A DNA stretch of 63,017 nucleotides, the filler included, from Klebsormidium nitens (lineage: Eukaryota; Plantae; Klebsormidiophyceae): the NCBI GenBank assembly GCA_000708835.1. It is 8 parts of 8 records of this genome, joined end to end, with 100 filler letters (N's around TTAATTAATTAA, not from the genome) between each part and the next. Parts side by side here need not be neighbours in the genome. Positions count along the whole stretch, not along the records: positions 57,920 to 59,350 come from DF238618.1; positions 59,451 to 61,880 come from DF238690.1; positions 61,981 to 63,017 come from DF237280.1; 5 more parts are not named here. One strand, 5' to 3'. The notes beneath the pieces are model-generated. The model ran no database searches. It saw only the letters and a program-made list of their open reading frames with translations, and was not told the origin of the DNA. Position 1 is the stretch's first letter. Every line of letters starts with the position of its first letter. Positions 59,026 through 63,017 of this stretch are shown here, in pieces. The position numbers and the translations under genes are program-made.

Positions 59026-59520
59026 GTGAGTGCATCTCAGTGTGTCAGTGGTTCGGAGATTTTGAAGAAGAGAGATTGTGGGGCTTTGAGACGATGGCGT
59101 CAGTCCCAGCAGTAATGCCTGTTGGACTCCTTTACACATTGATATCCCCGCACTGTGGCTTTCTGCGTGGACATACCGGCTGGGGTGCTGGCTGCGATTG
59201 CTCAGATTGGCGCCTCTTTCAGAGTGTCAACTGCAATCGGACTAACAAGCTGCCCTTGTAAACCCAGCCCCAACAATGAACGTGTAACGGCGCTAGCTTT
59301 CCGGGCCCCTCGTGTGGATCCCCCGGTAGCTGTACGCGCGCGGGTCGTGCNNNNNNNNNNNNNNNNNNNNNNNNNNNNNNNNNNNNNNNNNNNNTTAATT
59401 AATTAANNNNNNNNNNNNNNNNNNNNNNNNNNNNNNNNNNNNNNNNNNNNAAACCTTCACTAAAACGACGTCGGATGACTTCAAAAACGAAAGGATTGGT
59501 CACTGTTTCGTTCCGCGCAG

Positions 59521-61779
59521 TTTTGCTCCTCGAAACACCAATCCCTTCGACCAGTTCAACCTCTTCCCCTCGCCCAAGGACCGGATGATATCGCTATCGG
59601 TGAATCGAAAGACGCAGCGCGCTTACTTTGTGACTGATGCGCAGAGCAACAGTCTGGCGCTGTACCCGTCGACCTATGTAAGCTGCCGTCCTCCAAATCT
59701 GGCCGCGATTCGATACTGGAATGTTTCGTTGCCCTAAGAGAGCCGAAGTGAAATGTTACATGAGAAGTAACGTAAATTTTCTCGTGGGTCCAGACTACCA
59801 CCTTGCTACTTTACTTCAAAGTATCATCATGACGGTCGGACTGCAGACCAAGAGAGAAGCTCCTGAAGATCATCTAGTCGGTTGTTTTGGACGTAACCAA
59901 TGACAGTTATTCAGTAAGACGATCCTGACGAGAGCACTTTGAGCGACCTTGTCCGCTCCTTCGCTTTCAATACCTGTTCCGCGTCGTAAAAGCCGAAGGA
60001 AATCTGACAAACGAATGATTCAAAACGAGACCTTTCTTGCAAAGGTTCCGATAAGCTTCTGAAACTTCAACTCTCAGAGCATACTCTCACTGTCGTACCA
60101 CGCCCAGACGCTATCCATCAGTAACGATGTTCACGGCTTTAGGAGTTCAAAGGTCCTTTCATGTCTTCGCTGCACGCGCCCTTATAACGGAAGCTTCTAA
60201 CGAAACCCAAGTAGAAACCCTCCCAGCCCACGAACTCCTTTGAGCAGGGGCTTTCCCTTTGCTTACAACACCCGTTGCTCCGCCTTGCAGAGAGTCAGCT
60301 ACATATCCGCTTTCAAGGGTAAAAACTTCACGGAAATCTCCGACACGCCCGGCAAAGTGGGCTCCATACAGGGCCCCATGTGGTTCTCGGCTACAGTGGA
60401 TCTAGGCTTCGCCTGGCACGACAGCCTCGCCAGCCCTTCGGGCCTCGATCTAGTTGCCTTCAACCCGGCCACCTGTCCTGGGGGCTACTTGACGTGCCAG
60501 TATCTGTCCACACTTTGTAGGTGAGACTGCACGATTAAAAGGATGCAATCGTAAAGACCTTCTCAGCCATTTTTGAGTATAGAAATGTCCGCTCCTTCGC
60601 TCGTTTTGGGCTCCGCCTATGTGTGTTGCCAAGTCCGCTCGCGCTAGACAAGCTTCGATTTCACCCGTTTGAAAAAGCTACGCTATGTGCGCGAAGTCAT
60701 CGCCTTTTCGTGCTTGGAAAGGTTGCGAACTTATCTACGCTCAACCAGTGTAATTGCAGACAGAATGTATATTGACTCAATTGGATCGAAGCACTTGGTT
60801 CCGTTCCGTTTTTGATCCTCAAAACCGGACCCGCTTGCTTTGAGATGAACGGCGTTTGCTATCCCCTACCCTGATACGACCTTCCCACCAGATTCACCAC
60901 GCGGTCTTCACAGGCTCATATCTTCGTCAAGAAGACTTTAGGCTTGGAGCATGGGTTTTTTGAGCTTGAAATTCCTTCAACTTTGCTTCTTAAAGGTTGA
61001 GTTTTTGAAACTTCATCTTCCTCATTTCTGAAGCTTCGAGTCCCTAACACTTACCCTTGCACGCGCGTGTAGCTGCCGACTCAACAACACCTCTACCAGC
61101 CCGCTCATATCGCTCACGCCCCAGATCGGGCTCACCCCCTGCTTTGGCTCTTCTCAAACCCCCAGCAACATCTCGCAAGACTTTCCCACGTGCCTGGTTC
61201 CGGGGTCTCCTCCTCTCGGCAAATCGAGCCCCCCTCCGGCGAAACCCCCTCCCTCCAAAATAAGCCCCCCTTCGGTGTTGCCCCCCCAGCAAATCCGCCC
61301 CCGCTGTCTCAGCCCCCACCAAACGAGCTTCCCCCCCGCTTCCGCAACCCCCCCCAATAACGTCCCTCCACCAGAAGCTGCATCTCCCCCCCGCCGGCAA
61401 ACGTCGCCCTTCAACCGCCGCCCGAACTTTGCCCCCCCCCTCCCGACCTCCTTTCCCCCCGCCGTACGGCAGCTTCGTCGGAGCTCAGCCGCCCCTTAAC
61501 GACTTTGGCCCCCCGCTTTCCAACCCCCCGGAAAGTGCACCGCCTCCCAGTCCGAGTCCTAATCCGAGCCCTAACCTGAGTCCTAACCCGAGCCCTTCTC
61601 CGAGCCAGAGCCCGATTGTGACTCGGACACCCATGCCGTCTCCCACACCCCTTCTTTCTTGCAGCGGCCAGTCGGCTGCCGACACGTGTGCAGACGGCTC
61701 GGAAACGCTCTCGTTTCAGTTCTCGACTGAGGGAGCAATTGAGGACTCTTCGGGGGGTTGTGACGGCGGGGCTAGTTAG
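59521..61779 (+). CDS. Fragmentary multi-exon gene ending in a Pro/Ser-rich (SP)n tract; probable cell-wall glycoprotein
   Basis: Candidate GT-AG exons ~59521-59677 and 60291-60519. Terminal Pro-rich region ~61150-61779 (PPPSPSPNPSPNLSPNPSPSPS) has frame changes in C runs. Confidence 0.4.
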
Positions 61780-62243
61780 CACGCCGTTGGACTGAATACA
61801 CTTACGGCTGTCAGTCTGCTTACACATGTGCGGAAACCATGGGCAAGCTTTACAGCGAACAGACAAGGAAGACACGCGAGNNNNNNNNNNNNNNNNNNNN
61901 NNNNNNNNNNNNNNNNNNNNNNNNTTAATTAATTAANNNNNNNNNNNNNNNNNNNNNNNNNNNNNNNNNNNNNNNNNNNNGTCCCAAATCCGGTTCGCGG
62001 TCCAGCCCGAAGTCGCCATCTCGTCCGCTCCGGATGCGGGGAGCACTTCACCTCCTGCACCCCACGCAGCAAAGTCACGGCCCGCATTGTTTGCCAACAA
62101 CCCGGATTGCAGTTCAGCCGACGAGAAGACGGCGTTCAACTCCTTCAGCTCGCCCTTAAATCCCCGCTCCGCAGCTTCAGCAACACTCAGAACGCAGCCG
62201 CCATAGCCGCTCGACACGATCTGGCTCGTCCGCGGCTTCACGA

Positions 62244-62984
62244 TCAGCACCTGGGCAGCTCGCGGGCATATTGCTGGTCGCCCATCTGGGGGAGCGCGCC
62301 ACGCGCTTGCACGGACGGGTCGTCCGCGCCTCCGTGCTCGTCCATTGTTGCTTGAGCATCCTGCGGGGCAATGTCGTTCTTGCACGCAACCCCTGTAGTT
62401 GGCTCCGTAGAAACCTGGATTAGGCCGCTCATAGAGGCCTTCGAAAACTGAATCTCCTTTGGCGCAGGCTCGCGGGCCTCCCTTCTTTTCGCGCTCAAAC
62501 GGGTACTCACGGCCCCCTCACATATCTCGCTCCCCCTGGACATTTGAAGTACCGTGACCTCGTTCGCAAACCCGCACATCCCCGGGCTCCCCGTTGATGT
62601 CACTTCGGGCGCCCGTGTATCCTTTCGATTGTTTTCATCTGGCCGATTCAGCCCCTGACCTGCTTTCCCGCGGGTCAATAGAGCGTTCCCCCTTTCGCTT
62701 TCATCTGCCTCAGACTTTGGGTTGGCGTCGAGTTGTTGAAGCAAAGCCCCCCTGCAAACCTCGTTCGTCTCCTTTTCCACTAGCGCATCCACGTCGTCAC
62801 GCGCGGGAAGTTCGTCCAGAATCTTGCCTTTCGTTCTCTGAATCGCCAAACGGACGATTGGCAGAAGCGGCCGCTCTCCATTCCGCTCGCAACTTTGCGG
62901 ATGTAGGCTCGGGCCCAAACCTGGGCGGCCTGATGATGAACCCGCAACAGATTCTTGTGCACGTTCTACGCGCCCTTCCTTCAA
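62244..62984 (-). CDS. Unidentified low-complexity ORF; probably continues in another frame to the spacer
   Basis: 246-aa open frame; overlapping frame 61933-62385 continues it. No motif recognised. Confidence 0.3.
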   Translation of the reverse strand: MKEGRVERAQESVAGSSSGRPGLGPSLHPQSCERNGERPLLPIVRLAIQRTKGKILDELPARDDVDALVEKETNEVCRGALLQQLDANPKSEADESERGNALLTRGKAGQGLNRPDENNRKDTRAPEVTSTGSPGMCGFANEVTVLQMSRGSEICEGAVSTRLSAKRREAREPAPKEIQFSKASMSGLIQVSTEPTTGVACKNDIAPQDAQATMDEHGGADDPSVQARGALPQMGDQQYARELPRC

Positions 62985-63017
62985 GTGCGGCCGGCCGCCC
63001 CTCTGCCAGAGGTGTTG

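Noticed and set aside
59195-59350. IGAS segment as second ThiM exon
   Set aside because: The sequence after GAS does not match the expected PAM..EE..F continuation.

Overview
Eukaryotic, intron-containing, repeat-rich DNA. A streptophyte alga such as Klebsormidium is inferred from the root-cap domain gene, the GT-AG introns and a DNMT-bearing Gypsy element. It is not one continuous molecule: seven 100-bp spacers (44 N + TTAATTAATTAA + 44 N) split it into eight segments, so adjacency across spacers means nothing. Host genes: a 5-exon root-cap-domain secreted protein (3714-6313, -), a 5-exon type II membrane sulfotransferase-like protein (28726-32436, +), the first exon of hydroxyethylthiazole kinase (58903-59025) and a fragmentary proline-rich gene. 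The most striking content is on the 25.6-54.7 kb segment. First, three divergent histone H3-like genes with CENH3-type hallmarks, long N-terminal tails and a shared C-terminal extension; all are disrupted in this assembly. Second, ~1 kb downstream, a Ty3/Gypsy polyprotein frame (44097-53382) with a duplicated Zn-like N-terminal domain, Gag, protease, a C5 cytosine methyltransferase, RT, RNase H, integrase and a C-terminal PHD finger. Also present: a gag-only Copia element, a chromovirus integrase fragment, a Cys-rich KDZ/CxC-like ORF beside a ~135-bp array, several MITEs and a 3-kb dyad-based satellite that flips orientation.
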